In this document: piece after piece, positions 17,490 through 26,630 of the stretch
How the letters are laid out: every line of letters begins with the position of its first letter
How positions within the stretch are numbered: position 1 is the first letter of the stretch
Source: Candidatus Levyibacteriota bacterium
GTDB lineage: Bacteria; Patescibacteriota; Microgenomatia; Levybacterales; GWA1-39-11
DNA: 64,000 nt
Reading direction: 5' to 3'
Assembly: GCA_018062815.1 (NCBI GenBank)
Contig: JAGORM010000002.1
Location: 92,325 to 156,324 of the forward strand
Notes under the pieces: generated by a model
Databases searched by the model: none
What the model saw: only the letters and a program-made list of their open reading frames with translations
What the model was told of the DNA's origin: nothing
Translations under genes and position numbers: made by a program

Positions 17490-18482
17490 CTAGTCGCCAA
17501 TTACTCCTCCCCATTCAACTGCTGTAAATCCTTTTCTTTCAGGAGCGGGAGTAATAGTGAGTTGTATAACGTTTTTAGGATTTATGAGAGGTGCAAAATA
17601 AGCAATAAACTCTATGAAAGTATCAGGTTTGGGTGTAATTAAAACACTATCCTGACGTTCTTTTTCCTCTTTTTCTAATACGGAAAAGAAGATATAGTTA
17701 GTATCAAGTTCTTGTAGTCGTGGGATCCAGAAGTCTAAAAATTCATCTTGTTCGTCTTTTTTTGTAAGACCCAGCAATATGATTTTATCCCTTAAGTTAC
17801 TTTTCAGGTTTTCTTTTGAGAGAACAATTCCTTTTTTGGGACGGTTAACTTTTCCCGATTCTATTTCATAAAATAATTCTCTGTATGTTTTTCCCATATA
17901 TTCAAGTTTTCCGCTAGGGTGTGCGAGTACATTTTTCCATCCACCGGATGGGTAGAGCGGATCACTAACAATTATCTTTCCTTGCGTTTTAACTGTCACA
18001 TTTACATATGTTTCAGTAGTTGGGTAAAGATAGATAACTGGTTTTCCTATGCAGTATGATCCATCTCCATAGTTAAGGTTTGTCTCACAAAATATGTATT
18101 GATTGCAAAAGTCAGCCTTAGCTTGAGTATCAAACGGGTTTTCAACTACACATCTCTTATTTTTGCATGTGAACATTCCTTGACGTGCTTTGCATATGCA
18201 TGGAAGTGTAACCGGTTTTCCGGTGTCAACAGGGCATATGGATGTGTCTTCCTGGTCTGGAGTTGATTCGGTTACTGTAGGGACAAGGGTTTTGGGTTGT
18301 GCCGGGTTAAAAGTATCTATCTGTATGTTAGCGCGTGGATTATTTGATGCAATTTTTGCAGCTTTAGGAGTTTTTGCAATTAATATTGCGGCAAAAACAG
18401 CACATGTCACAAGAAGTAAAATTCCTATTTTGATAAATGATATTCTATGTGCCTTTTTACTAATGTTTTTCTTTCTTTTCAT
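17490..18482 (-). CDS. hypothetical secreted Cys-rich protein
   Basis: N-terminal TM, a Cys-rich block (CPVDTGKPVTLPCICK...CKNKRC), and an uncharacterised C-terminal domain. Confidence 0.35.
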   Translation of the reverse strand: MKRKKNISKKAHRISFIKIGILLLVTCAVFAAILIAKTPKAAKIASNNPRANIQIDTFNPAQPKTLVPTVTESTPDQEDTSICPVDTGKPVTLPCICKARQGMFTCKNKRCVVENPFDTQAKADFCNQYIFCETNLNYGDGSYCIGKPVIYLYPTTETYVNVTVKTQGKIIVSDPLYPSGGWKNVLAHPSGKLEYMGKTYRELFYEIESGKVNRPKKGIVLSKENLKSNLRDKIILLGLTKKDEQDEFLDFWIPRLQELDTNYIFFSVLEKEEKERQDSVLITPKPDTFIEFIAYFAPLINPKNVIQLTITPAPERKGFTAVEWGGVIGD

Positions 18483-19079
18483 TTATTTTGTGTTAATTTC
18501 CAGATTTACTTTTCCTAGTACAACATTTGGAGTTTGTGGAGAGGACGCAAAAGATGCTTGGTCAATTTTTATAATTGCGGAAGTTGTTCCCTGTGTAAGT
18601 TTTCCGGTTACTTTTGCAATTATTCCCTTCCCTTTTGGGTATGGAATTGAAGTGGGTATCAGATAAGACTGGCTAATTGTTCCTTGTTCAGGGTTGCTTT
18701 GTTTGATTCCTGCGGTGAGATTTACAGAATAGGATAAGGCAGAGGAAGGATCATTTACGGATATAATTTTAACATTACTAACTTGAAGCGGATCATACGA
18801 TAGCGCAATTGTAATTTTAGAGACGGGGATGCCATAGCTATCAAATAGTATGCTTGAGGTAAATGTGGACTGTTTATTTATGGTTATTGTGTTGGGTGAG
18901 AAAGAAACCATCATAGTAGGAGATTCTTGTTTGGGTGTTTGAGTAGGAACTATTTTTTGAGTTAATGAAGGAGGAGGGGTATTTTCATTGAGAAATACAA
19001 AAAAAACAATAAATATAAAAATAACTATAGATACTAAAAATAAAATAAGCGTCAATTTTTTTTTGAAAACACCAGTCAT
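18483..19079 (-). CDS. membrane-anchored cohesin-like domain protein
   Basis: ITIALSYDPLQVSNVKIISV...GKGIIAKVTGKLTQGTTSAIIKIDQASF resembles the cohesin pattern and the 11562..12194 protein. Confidence 0.4.
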   Translation of the reverse strand: MTGVFKKKLTLILFLVSIVIFIFIVFFVFLNENTPPPSLTQKIVPTQTPKQESPTMMVSFSPNTITINKQSTFTSSILFDSYGIPVSKITIALSYDPLQVSNVKIISVNDPSSALSYSVNLTAGIKQSNPEQGTISQSYLIPTSIPYPKGKGIIAKVTGKLTQGTTSAIIKIDQASFASSPQTPNVVLGKVNLEINTK

Positions 19080-19093
19080 ATCTTTATCTTATA

Positions 19094-21226
19094 TCATATA
19101 CATACTCCTGCGCCAGGATTGTTTGTAAAGACACAGGCAGTACCCGTTTTCATTTGTAGGCACTGATTATTTCTGGTGCAGCTTGTTACGTTTACTTCAG
19201 AGTTGGTGGATGCTGTACTGCCTGAAGTACCTGTGCAGCAGATATTTCCTTTTCCTGATTTCTGACATGAATAATTATGTCCCAATGGAGAAGCCAGAGT
19301 GCCTGATTTACACGTGTTTCCTGACTCACAGTGATAAGAGCTTGTATTGCAGTATGCGCCTGATTCTGAGGGGTCTTTGTATACACAATATGATGTTGCA
19401 GTTCCCGTACTGCTTGTACACTTAAATTCAGGGGCACAGTCGCTATTCCCATTATAACAGTGGTCGTTTTCCCTTCCTGATCCTCCCGTATTTCCTCCAC
19501 CACCTGATGAGGGAGCAACACAACTAGATTTATTTGCCATGCATTTCCCTTGCGCTTCACAATAGCGTTCAGTAAATCTACAGCAGTAAGTCTGGTTTGA
19601 GGAGTTATTTGCGTCTTTCCATCCGGGGTAGCATGCGTTATCTGAGCTTCCTCCGCAAGAGCTTCCCTGAGTTGTGCATGATTGACCTATCTGATTATCG
19701 CTGTTATTGCCGTTTTCACCGGTATTGTTTCCCGGGGGAGGATTTTCTTTTTTTTGATCATCATTTTTGGGAGGACTATTATTATTTCCAGTGTTTTCAA
19801 GACAACAAACAGAGCGAGAACTGCCATACGCGTTTGCGCATGCTAAATTTGCTTCTTGTTGCGTAGCGTTTGTGTCAGGCTTAAATCCAGTGCCACATGC
19901 CGTTGCCTGACAGGTATTCACTTTTCCAGAAGGACCTATGTTATTGCATGCGCTTGGACGGAATGTGCACTTAGCTCCATCCCAATAAGGAGTAGGGTCT
20001 TTACAGGTCTGTCCTTGAGGAGGCTGAGGGAGTGTGCCTGAGTTGTCTTGCACCCAGGGGAATTTGTTACATATCTTCATGAGACCGTTTTTAGGTGTAA
20101 AATCATAGGTTTTATCAGCACAAAGATAGACATCATAATATTTACCCGTCGCATAGGGATTTGGGGTTGATTTTGCTTTTTGATCTGTAAATAGACCCAG
20201 TTTATAGTTTTCATTTGTGGGTTGGGTTGTCATGCATATTGGCCCGTAATATCCGTTGGGATAGGAATCTGTATTAACCCCGTTTTTCTCTTTGCAGATG
20301 ACTGTGGTAGAAGATTTACCCGTGCCGGGATTTTGTTGGAAATTATTACCTTCACCTTCAAAATAAGCGCTTTTTTTAAGTGTCTCTTTTTCTCTTAAGT
20401 TAAAATTTCCTCCTGGGAAAACGCCTTGATCACCCATTATGGAATTTTTATATTCTGGGGAATTAACGGGATATCCTATCTCGTTCGGATGAGAAAGTCC
20501 AAATGTATGTCCTAGTTCATGAGCTATAGCTCCCGTGCCCTGTCTGCTAGTGGGCATTTTTTCAGAAGTACACCTATCAACGGAATTAATCGGGTCATTT
20601 TTGTAATAATATTTTTTTATTCTATTACAGTTTTTGTCCAACTCTGGGTAAATGGAGACATCTCCAATTACGGCAGTCGCAAGTTCACCATTTGCGCCCG
20701 CGTATCCTCCGCCACCCATAAATGCTACAATATTAATTGTTCCAAACTGAGGTCGTCCTATTTCTTGAAGTATATTGCCCATGCCATCTTTTTGAATACA
20801 CTCTGTCTCTCCGTTGCTGCACCAATACCATTCTGAATCTTTTTTCCCAATAACTGTTTTTACCGGTTGCAAAACAAATGTTTTCCCGTTCAATTGCTTA
20901 CCGTAATATGTGCGTATTTCATCCATTTTCTGATTAATATGATTTACTACAGCGTTATCTACTGGATAGTCTGTTGGAAAAAATACTATTGGTTGAACAG
21001 AAAAAGCATTATCCGCTATGCGAGAAGTTGTGGGCTGATTTACCTGGTTTGGGTTGCGAGTTAAACTATTTAAAAAAGAAAGTCCTCCAAACGGAACAAA
21101 GATTGCTATCGCAACGGTTGCAAGTGTGAGGAGAGACAAAAAACCTGAGGACTTATTTATTGTTTTATTGCTAGGTTTAATAAAAGAAGTTTTCATAAAA
21201 TAGGTTTGTTTTAAGAAATCACACAT
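19094..21226 (-). CDS. secreted zinc metalloprotease of the metzincin type with a long Cys/Gly/Asn-rich C-terminal region
   Basis: AHELGHTFGLSHPNE is the HExxHxxGxxH signature, with a downstream SIMGD Met-turn candidate. There is an N-terminal TM/signal. The roughly 300-aa C-terminal tail has many Cys, with N/G/S-rich low-complexity stretches. Confidence 0.6.
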   Translation of the reverse strand: MCDFLKQTYFMKTSFIKPSNKTINKSSGFLSLLTLATVAIAIFVPFGGLSFLNSLTRNPNQVNQPTTSRIADNAFSVQPIVFFPTDYPVDNAVVNHINQKMDEIRTYYGKQLNGKTFVLQPVKTVIGKKDSEWYWCSNGETECIQKDGMGNILQEIGRPQFGTINIVAFMGGGGYAGANGELATAVIGDVSIYPELDKNCNRIKKYYYKNDPINSVDRCTSEKMPTSRQGTGAIAHELGHTFGLSHPNEIGYPVNSPEYKNSIMGDQGVFPGGNFNLREKETLKKSAYFEGEGNNFQQNPGTGKSSTTVICKEKNGVNTDSYPNGYYGPICMTTQPTNENYKLGLFTDQKAKSTPNPYATGKYYDVYLCADKTYDFTPKNGLMKICNKFPWVQDNSGTLPQPPQGQTCKDPTPYWDGAKCTFRPSACNNIGPSGKVNTCQATACGTGFKPDTNATQQEANLACANAYGSSRSVCCLENTGNNNSPPKNDDQKKENPPPGNNTGENGNNSDNQIGQSCTTQGSSCGGSSDNACYPGWKDANNSSNQTYCCRFTERYCEAQGKCMANKSSCVAPSSGGGGNTGGSGRENDHCYNGNSDCAPEFKCTSSTGTATSYCVYKDPSESGAYCNTSSYHCESGNTCKSGTLASPLGHNYSCQKSGKGNICCTGTSGSTASTNSEVNVTSCTRNNQCLQMKTGTACVFTNNPGAGVCI

Positions 21227-21264
21227 TATTACATTAGCATGTGTAATCTATAAGTCAACAGGTC

Positions 21265-21780
21265 TTAGCTACAGTTTGTTTTTTCAAATTCCTTTTCTGC
21301 TTTTATTGTTCCCCCTGTCAAATCATTCCCTGATGCAGTGCCGCCTTCATAAAGAATTACTTGCCAGGATTTAGTATTAAATCCATCTGTATTATCCAAC
21401 ACCAAATCATTCACTTGAACGTTTTGTTGATTTGGTTCGAAAGAGTTATAGATGTTTTCATTTATGGTTACCGGCGTAAAAATTTCTCCATTTTTGATTT
21501 CTATTTTGTAGTGTCCATTGGCTGTTCCATGAAACGCAAGGGTAACATTTGAGGTATTATTTGTGCTGTCACACTGTACGCTTGAGGGGAGTTCTATTCT
21601 CCAGCTACTGGAAGGAGTTGCCTGCGGAGATCCAGTATCATTTGCATTTCCATTATTTTTCTTACTGTTTTCTGCCTGAAATAAAAACTGTCCACCTACA
21701 AGTAAAAATGCACCAACAATGACTATAAATATAATAAGAAATTCAATTTCGCCCCTGGTAGTTTTTAATAATTGCTTCAT
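21265..21780 (-). CDS. TadE-like pilin-like (pseudopilin) secreted protein
   Basis: N-term TTRGEIEFLIIFIVIVGAFLLVGG has a Gly followed by Glu at +5 then a hydrophobic helix. This is the class III (prepilin-type) signal as in TadE/TadF. Confidence 0.4.
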   Translation of the reverse strand: MKQLLKTTRGEIEFLIIFIVIVGAFLLVGGQFLFQAENSKKNNGNANDTGSPQATPSSSWRIELPSSVQCDSTNNTSNVTLAFHGTANGHYKIEIKNGEIFTPVTINENIYNSFEPNQQNVQVNDLVLDNTDGFNTKSWQVILYEGGTASGNDLTGGTIKAEKEFEKTNCS

Positions 21781-22811
21781 GGTGTCGGAGTAAGGTTTGT
21801 GCTACCTCCTGTTTCCTCGCAGATCTTGTCCGCAATCTGCCCATAAATTGCCTTAATATCCTCAGGTTTTGTTGTTTTATAAAATGAATTGGGTGAGGCA
21901 ACAGCTTGCATCATGGTTGTAAGCTTGCTTTCAAACGGTCCATCTGTCTTTGGATCAAATACCAGAATCGAGAACACTCTGACATTTTTTCCATTTATGT
22001 TTTTTAGTGCTTGTATTTGTTGGGCAATTTGAGGATTTGTGGTCGGATCCTGATCCGCATCAAAGCAACGGCACGTTCCGGTTTGGTACGCACACATTGG
22101 ATATCTAGCGCTGGAAAAAGATGAGCATGCTGTTGCTGTTGGTACTCCAACACCGTCTCCTTCAGGAATACCATCAGAAATAAAAACCAGATTAAATGAA
22201 TTGTCTTTAAATTTAGGATCAGAAACTGCTTTTGTTAGATCCTCAAGCTCTGCTGCAAAAGCGGTGCGCGTATTAGTTCCGCCTGAGGCTACCAACTGAT
22301 TCACGGCTGCATTAAATTGTGATTTGTTGTTTTTATAAAAATCAATTTCAACCGGTCGGGAAGTTGCTGTTGAGCCTGTATCACTTGAGCTATAACGCCT
22401 AAGACCTGTGATAGAATCATTCGTAAAATTGCTTGCAAAGTCTTTAAGTGAGGATTTAATTATTTGTATTTTATTACCGCGTTCCATTGAGCCTGATGTA
22501 TCAACAAGAAAGTCAATAGCAGCACGGTTACTACATGCTGCAAATCTTATGGTTTTTAGCTGTAGCGCATTTTTTTGTGTTGAGTTTTCGCGGATTGGTT
22601 CACCTATGACATTACTACCCGATTCAGACAGCTTAAATTGAGGACCACCAGAAACCAGAAGAAAAGCACCAAATATTATGACTCCAATAAGTAAATAAAG
22701 CGCAACTTCTCCGCGTTGCCAGAAGAGAAAACTCTTTTTTAGTGTGTGTTTTGATAAATTTGAGGATTTTTTTTTCTTTGAGTTTTTATGGGGAATAGAT
22801 TTTTTCTTCAC
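21777..22811 (-). CDS. von Willebrand factor A domain protein with a TadE-like pilin-type N-terminus (TadG-like putative pilus-tip adhesin)
   Basis: N-term QRGEVALYLLIGVIIFGAFLLVSGG is paralogous to the upstream protein's N-terminus. The MIDAS motif reads FLVDTSGSMERG. It overlaps the previous gene by 4 bp. Confidence 0.55.
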   Translation of the reverse strand: MKKKSIPHKNSKKKKSSNLSKHTLKKSFLFWQRGEVALYLLIGVIIFGAFLLVSGGPQFKLSESGSNVIGEPIRENSTQKNALQLKTIRFAACSNRAAIDFLVDTSGSMERGNKIQIIKSSLKDFASNFTNDSITGLRRYSSSDTGSTATSRPVEIDFYKNNKSQFNAAVNQLVASGGTNTRTAFAAELEDLTKAVSDPKFKDNSFNLVFISDGIPEGDGVGVPTATACSSFSSARYPMCAYQTGTCRCFDADQDPTTNPQIAQQIQALKNINGKNVRVFSILVFDPKTDGPFESKLTTMMQAVASPNSFYKTTKPEDIKAIYGQIADKICEETGGSTNLTPTP

Positions 22812-22983
22812 ATTTTATTGTATATATATGTAGTTTTATTAGTCAACAATTAGTTTAAAAACAGGAATAGTAATATTTATTCTTGCTTGTAAGTTAAAAT
22901 CTTCAGTCTCTTAAAGACGTAGTGAAGTATCCTAAATTTGTGCTACAAAATAATATACAGTGGGTAAAGCCATGAAAGCTTTA

Positions 22984-23011
22984 TTGTAATTTGTGAGCTT
23001 GTTTGCTATAA
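22984..23011 (+). promoter_or_regulatory. sigma70-type promoter with an extended -10 (TTGTAA-17-TGcTATAAT) upstream of rpsB
   Basis: ttgtaatttgtgagcttgtttgctataat. The leader downstream contains the inverted repeat cattcggg...cccgaatg. Confidence 0.5.
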
Positions 23012-23082
23012 TGCATTATTCGGGAAACCGAAAATTCACACATTCGGGATGAATATAGTTCTGACTAATCCTCAGAACCCGA

Positions 23083-23958
23083 ATGGAGGATCAGCCATCT
23101 TTAAAATTATTATGGCTGATAAAAAGAACTATGAGAGATATAACCCTTGAAGAATTACTTACAGCAGGTTGCCATTTTGGCCATCAGGTAAATCGTCGCA
23201 ATCCAAAAGCAGACGATTATATATTTGAGGCGCGTTCAAATGTACACATTATAAACCTTGAAAAGACTCGCGAGGGGCTAATTGCTGCAGCAAAATATGT
23301 GAAAGAATTATCAGCTCGTGATGGATCACTAGTTGTAGTTGGAACAAAACGACAAGCAAAACAAATCGTCAGAGAAGAAATTGCAAGGGCAGAGAAAGAG
23401 GCGCCCGGTAAGTTGTACACAATAACTGCAAGGTGGGTTGGCGGAATACTCACCAATTTTAATGAAGTCGCAAAAAATATAAAGAAACTCAAAAATCTTG
23501 AAGAATTACTCTCAACTAGTAAGAAGGATGCATATACTAAGCGTGAACAGGTACTTTTTGAGCGAGAACGTCAAAAATTATCAGACTTTTATGGTGGAAT
23601 TTCTGAGATGACTGATATTCCTGATGCATTATTTATTGTAGGTACTCAATCTGAAGCTATAGCAGTAAGTGAAGCCAAGAGAATGAATTCAGAGATTGTG
23701 GGAATAGTTGATACAAATGCAGATCCATCCGTTATTGATTACCCAATTCCTGCAAACGATGACGCTGTGGGTTCAATAAAGCTTATTACAAGTTATATTA
23801 TGGATGCATGGATAGAAGGGAAAAAAGAAGCTGCAAAAAAGAGCGCAGATGAAGCAATTGAGGAAAAGAAAAAATCTGAAGCAGAAGTGGTAGTTGAGGA
23901 TATTGAAAAAATAAAAGAAGTGAAAAGCAAAAAAACTACCAAGAAATCTAAAGAATAA
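23083..23958 (+). CDS. rpsB: 30S ribosomal protein S2 with a Lys/Glu-rich C-terminal extension
   Basis: LLTAGCHFGHQVNRRNPKADDYIF...HIINLEKT. The true start is possibly the internal Met MRDITLEELL. Confidence 0.9.
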   Translation: MEDQPSLKLLWLIKRTMRDITLEELLTAGCHFGHQVNRRNPKADDYIFEARSNVHIINLEKTREGLIAAAKYVKELSARDGSLVVVGTKRQAKQIVREEIARAEKEAPGKLYTITARWVGGILTNFNEVAKNIKKLKNLEELLSTSKKDAYTKREQVLFERERQKLSDFYGGISEMTDIPDALFIVGTQSEAIAVSEAKRMNSEIVGIVDTNADPSVIDYPIPANDDAVGSIKLITSYIMDAWIEGKKEAAKKSADEAIEEKKKSEAEVVVEDIEKIKEVKSKKTTKKSKE

Positions 23959-23976
23959 TATTTTATACTTACTACT

Positions 23977-24432
23977 ATGGCTGTTGATACAAAACTGATA
24001 AAAGAACTACGAGACAAAACAGGCGCAGGAATTGCTGACTGTAGAGAGGCTATTGAGGAATCAAAGGGTGACTTGAAAAAGGCAGAGGAGATTCTTCAAA
24101 AAAAAGGATTTGAAAAAGCGGCAAAAAAAGGTGATCGTGAAACCAATTCAGGATTAATAGATTCTTATGTGCATGCAGGAAGAATTGGAGTTTTAGTAGA
24201 ACTTCTTTGTGAAACTGACTTTGTTGCGCGCACAGATGAATTTAAGACCTTATCTCATGAGATTGCCCTTCAAATATCTTCCATGAATCCAAAGAATGCA
24301 AATGAGCTTCTTGAGCAGGAGTATATACGGGATTCTTCAAAAACTATAGAGATTTTAATAAAAGAGTCTGTTGCAAAATTAGGCGAAAACATTATTCTTG
24401 GCCGATTCTCCCGAATTGAACTCGGCAAATAA
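23977..24432 (+). CDS. tsf: elongation factor Ts (short form)
   Basis: LIKELRDKTGAGIADCREAIEESKGDLKKAEEIL is the UBA-like N-terminal domain of EF-Ts. It sits directly downstream of rpsB. Confidence 0.75.
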   Translation: MAVDTKLIKELRDKTGAGIADCREAIEESKGDLKKAEEILQKKGFEKAAKKGDRETNSGLIDSYVHAGRIGVLVELLCETDFVARTDEFKTLSHEIALQISSMNPKNANELLEQEYIRDSSKTIEILIKESVAKLGENIILGRFSRIELGK

Positions 24433-24440
24433 TATATAAT

Positions 24441-24683
24441 ATGGGAAGGCGCAATGAACAAATTAGTTCTTATATGGGCTTTAAAAGCGAACTAAGTGGT
24501 TCTCATAGTAAAGGCGTAATTGAGGAAATGAAGAGAAACAGGAAGTTGATCAAGATGCAACAGAAGAGAATTGGAAAAAAGCCTGAGCAGTCAAAAGAAG
24601 CTCAACCACATGAAATTCTGTTAGATGTTCCAGAATTTACCATTCACCCAAACCGTAAGATTGATTTTACTAGCAATCATTAA
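24441..24683 (+). CDS. hypothetical small basic protein (doubtful)
   Basis: ORF only; no motif. Confidence 0.2.
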   Translation: MGRRNEQISSYMGFKSELSGSHSKGVIEEMKRNRKLIKMQQKRIGKKPEQSKEAQPHEILLDVPEFTIHPNRKIDFTSNH

Positions 24684-24710
24684 TCCCCCTTTATTTACAT
24701 TTTATTTCTT

Positions 24711-25838
24711 GTGTATAATATCTCCATAATGATTTTAACTATTTTTGCTTTTATTATTATTCTTTCAGTTCTTGTTCTTATTCATGAACTTGGGCATTTT
24801 TTGACTGCTAAAAAGTTCGGAATTAAGGTTGAAGAATTTGGATTTGGATTTCCTCCTCGTGTTTTTGGTATAAAAAAAGGAGAAACTTTGTATTCAATAA
24901 ATCTTCTACCTGTTGGGGGGTTTGTGAAACTATACGGTGAAGATGCAGCAGGAGGAGGAAGTGTGAAGAATACGGGTAAAAAGGATTTACCCACAAAAGA
25001 CATAAGGCGTGCGTTTTACGCGAGACCAGTCTGGCAGCGTTTTTTGGTAGTGGTCGCGGGTGTAGTTATGAACTTTGTTTTAGCGGTAGTTCTAATTTCC
25101 TATGTATTTAGTACCACAGGAATTGCAGTTCCCTCATCAACTGTTAAGATTACTGAAGTTTTAAAAAATAGTCCTGCAGCATTAAGCGGGCTTATGGTAG
25201 GAGATGTGGTGGGGGCAGTAAATGGTAAAAGTACAACCTCTACAAAAGAATTTATCCAGACAATCAAAAAAAATGAAGGGAAAAAAGTTACGCTTTTAGT
25301 AGTAAGAGAAGGAGTATCGCAGGATATTCAATTGACACCAAGAAGCAATTATCCAAAGGGTCAAGGTCCGGTTGGAGTAGGTATAACAGATATAGAAATT
25401 AAAAAATATCCATGGTATCAAGCGCCTTTTTTTGGAACAATCGAGGCGTTCAAATTTTCATGGATGATTGTCTCAGGTCTAGGTCAGATGATATACACGC
25501 TTTTTTTTGAAGGACATAAGCCTGAGGGGGTGGCAGGGCCGATTGGTGTTGCCCAGCTTACGGGTCAAGCGGTTTCATCCGGTGTAACCGTTACTTTATG
25601 GTTTACAGCATTATTGTCTATAAACCTTGCGGTTTTAAATGTCTTGCCAATTCCGGCACTAGATGGTGGAAGGCTTTTCTTTATTGTGACAGAGGCAGTA
25701 ACTCGCAGGAAAATAAATCCAAAATACGAATCATACGCGCATGCTGCAGGACTCGTGGTGCTTTTAGGGCTTATGCTTATAATCACGCTGTTTGATATCA
25801 TCCGTATTGCCTCAGGGCAAAGCCTTCTTCCAAAATAA
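24711..25838 (+). CDS. rseP: RIP site-2 metalloprotease (M50, RseP-like) with a PDZ domain
   Basis: LIHELGHFLTAKKFGI carries the HExxH in a TM helix. A PDZ-like segment and the C-terminal LDGG motif follow. Confidence 0.8.
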   Translation: MYNISIMILTIFAFIIILSVLVLIHELGHFLTAKKFGIKVEEFGFGFPPRVFGIKKGETLYSINLLPVGGFVKLYGEDAAGGGSVKNTGKKDLPTKDIRRAFYARPVWQRFLVVVAGVVMNFVLAVVLISYVFSTTGIAVPSSTVKITEVLKNSPAALSGLMVGDVVGAVNGKSTTSTKEFIQTIKKNEGKKVTLLVVREGVSQDIQLTPRSNYPKGQGPVGVGITDIEIKKYPWYQAPFFGTIEAFKFSWMIVSGLGQMIYTLFFEGHKPEGVAGPIGVAQLTGQAVSSGVTVTLWFTALLSINLAVLNVLPIPALDGGRLFFIVTEAVTRRKINPKYESYAHAAGLVVLLGLMLIITLFDIIRIASGQSLLPK

Positions 25839-25993
25839 TACCAGACGTATATTTTTGCATATTCATTTTCACGGTTTGTTTAAAAATATCAATTTTCTGG
25901 AAAGTTTAAGCAAAAAAACAGATGCGGAGAATGTGCTTGGGAGAAGTGATGATTGATTATTAGGAAAGGTTTTGTTATTCTCATAGGTATTCT

Positions 25994-26551
25994 ATGGATA
26001 CAATTACCCCGGACGTGAAGCAAAAGATGCAAAAAGCATTGGATTCAGTAAGATTGGATTTTGCAACCGTCAGAACAGGCAAGGCATCCCCGTCTCTAGT
26101 TGAGAATATTGTTATTAAGGCGTATGGTGGAGCAACGCCCCTTAGAGTAATGGAACTTGCAACTATTCATGTACAAGACGCACATACACTTGTGCTTACA
26201 CCATTTGACCACAGTGTCATAGGTGAAATTGAACATGGGATTCAAGACGCTAAGATAGGGATAAATCCCATTATTGATGGAAATTTTCTTCGAATTAATT
26301 TACCGCCTTTATCTGAGGATAGAAGACGCGAATTTGTAAAAATGGTAAAGCAAAAAGGAGAGCAAGGAAAAGTTATGATGAGACAGATAAGGCATGACGG
26401 TATGGAAGACGCAAAAAAACTGGAAAAAGAAGAGGTTTCAGAAGATGAGATAGTACGCGTTGAAAAAGAGATACAACGCTTAACTGACCATTTTATAAAA
26501 GAAATTGATGATCTTGCCGCTCAAAAAGAAGAAGAACTCATGAAGGTATAG
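25994..26551 (+). CDS. frr: ribosome recycling factor
   Basis: VRTGKASPSLVENIVIKAYGGATPL...RINLPPLSEDRRREFVKMVKQ. Confidence 0.9.
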   Translation: MDTITPDVKQKMQKALDSVRLDFATVRTGKASPSLVENIVIKAYGGATPLRVMELATIHVQDAHTLVLTPFDHSVIGEIEHGIQDAKIGINPIIDGNFLRINLPPLSEDRRREFVKMVKQKGEQGKVMMRQIRHDGMEDAKKLEKEEVSEDEIVRVEKEIQRLTDHFIKEIDDLAAQKEEELMKV

Positions 26552-26630
26552 TAGTTTTTATCCACGTTGATCTGTTTGTTTATTTTTTTAAATAATCTGA
26601 TTTTGTAGATTCTCAGACCAGTTTACAGGA

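Noticed and set aside
24441-24683. 80-aa ORF between tsf and rseP as a real gene (for example a small ribosomal or regulatory protein)
   Set aside because: No recognisable motif. It is kept only as a low-confidence feature.
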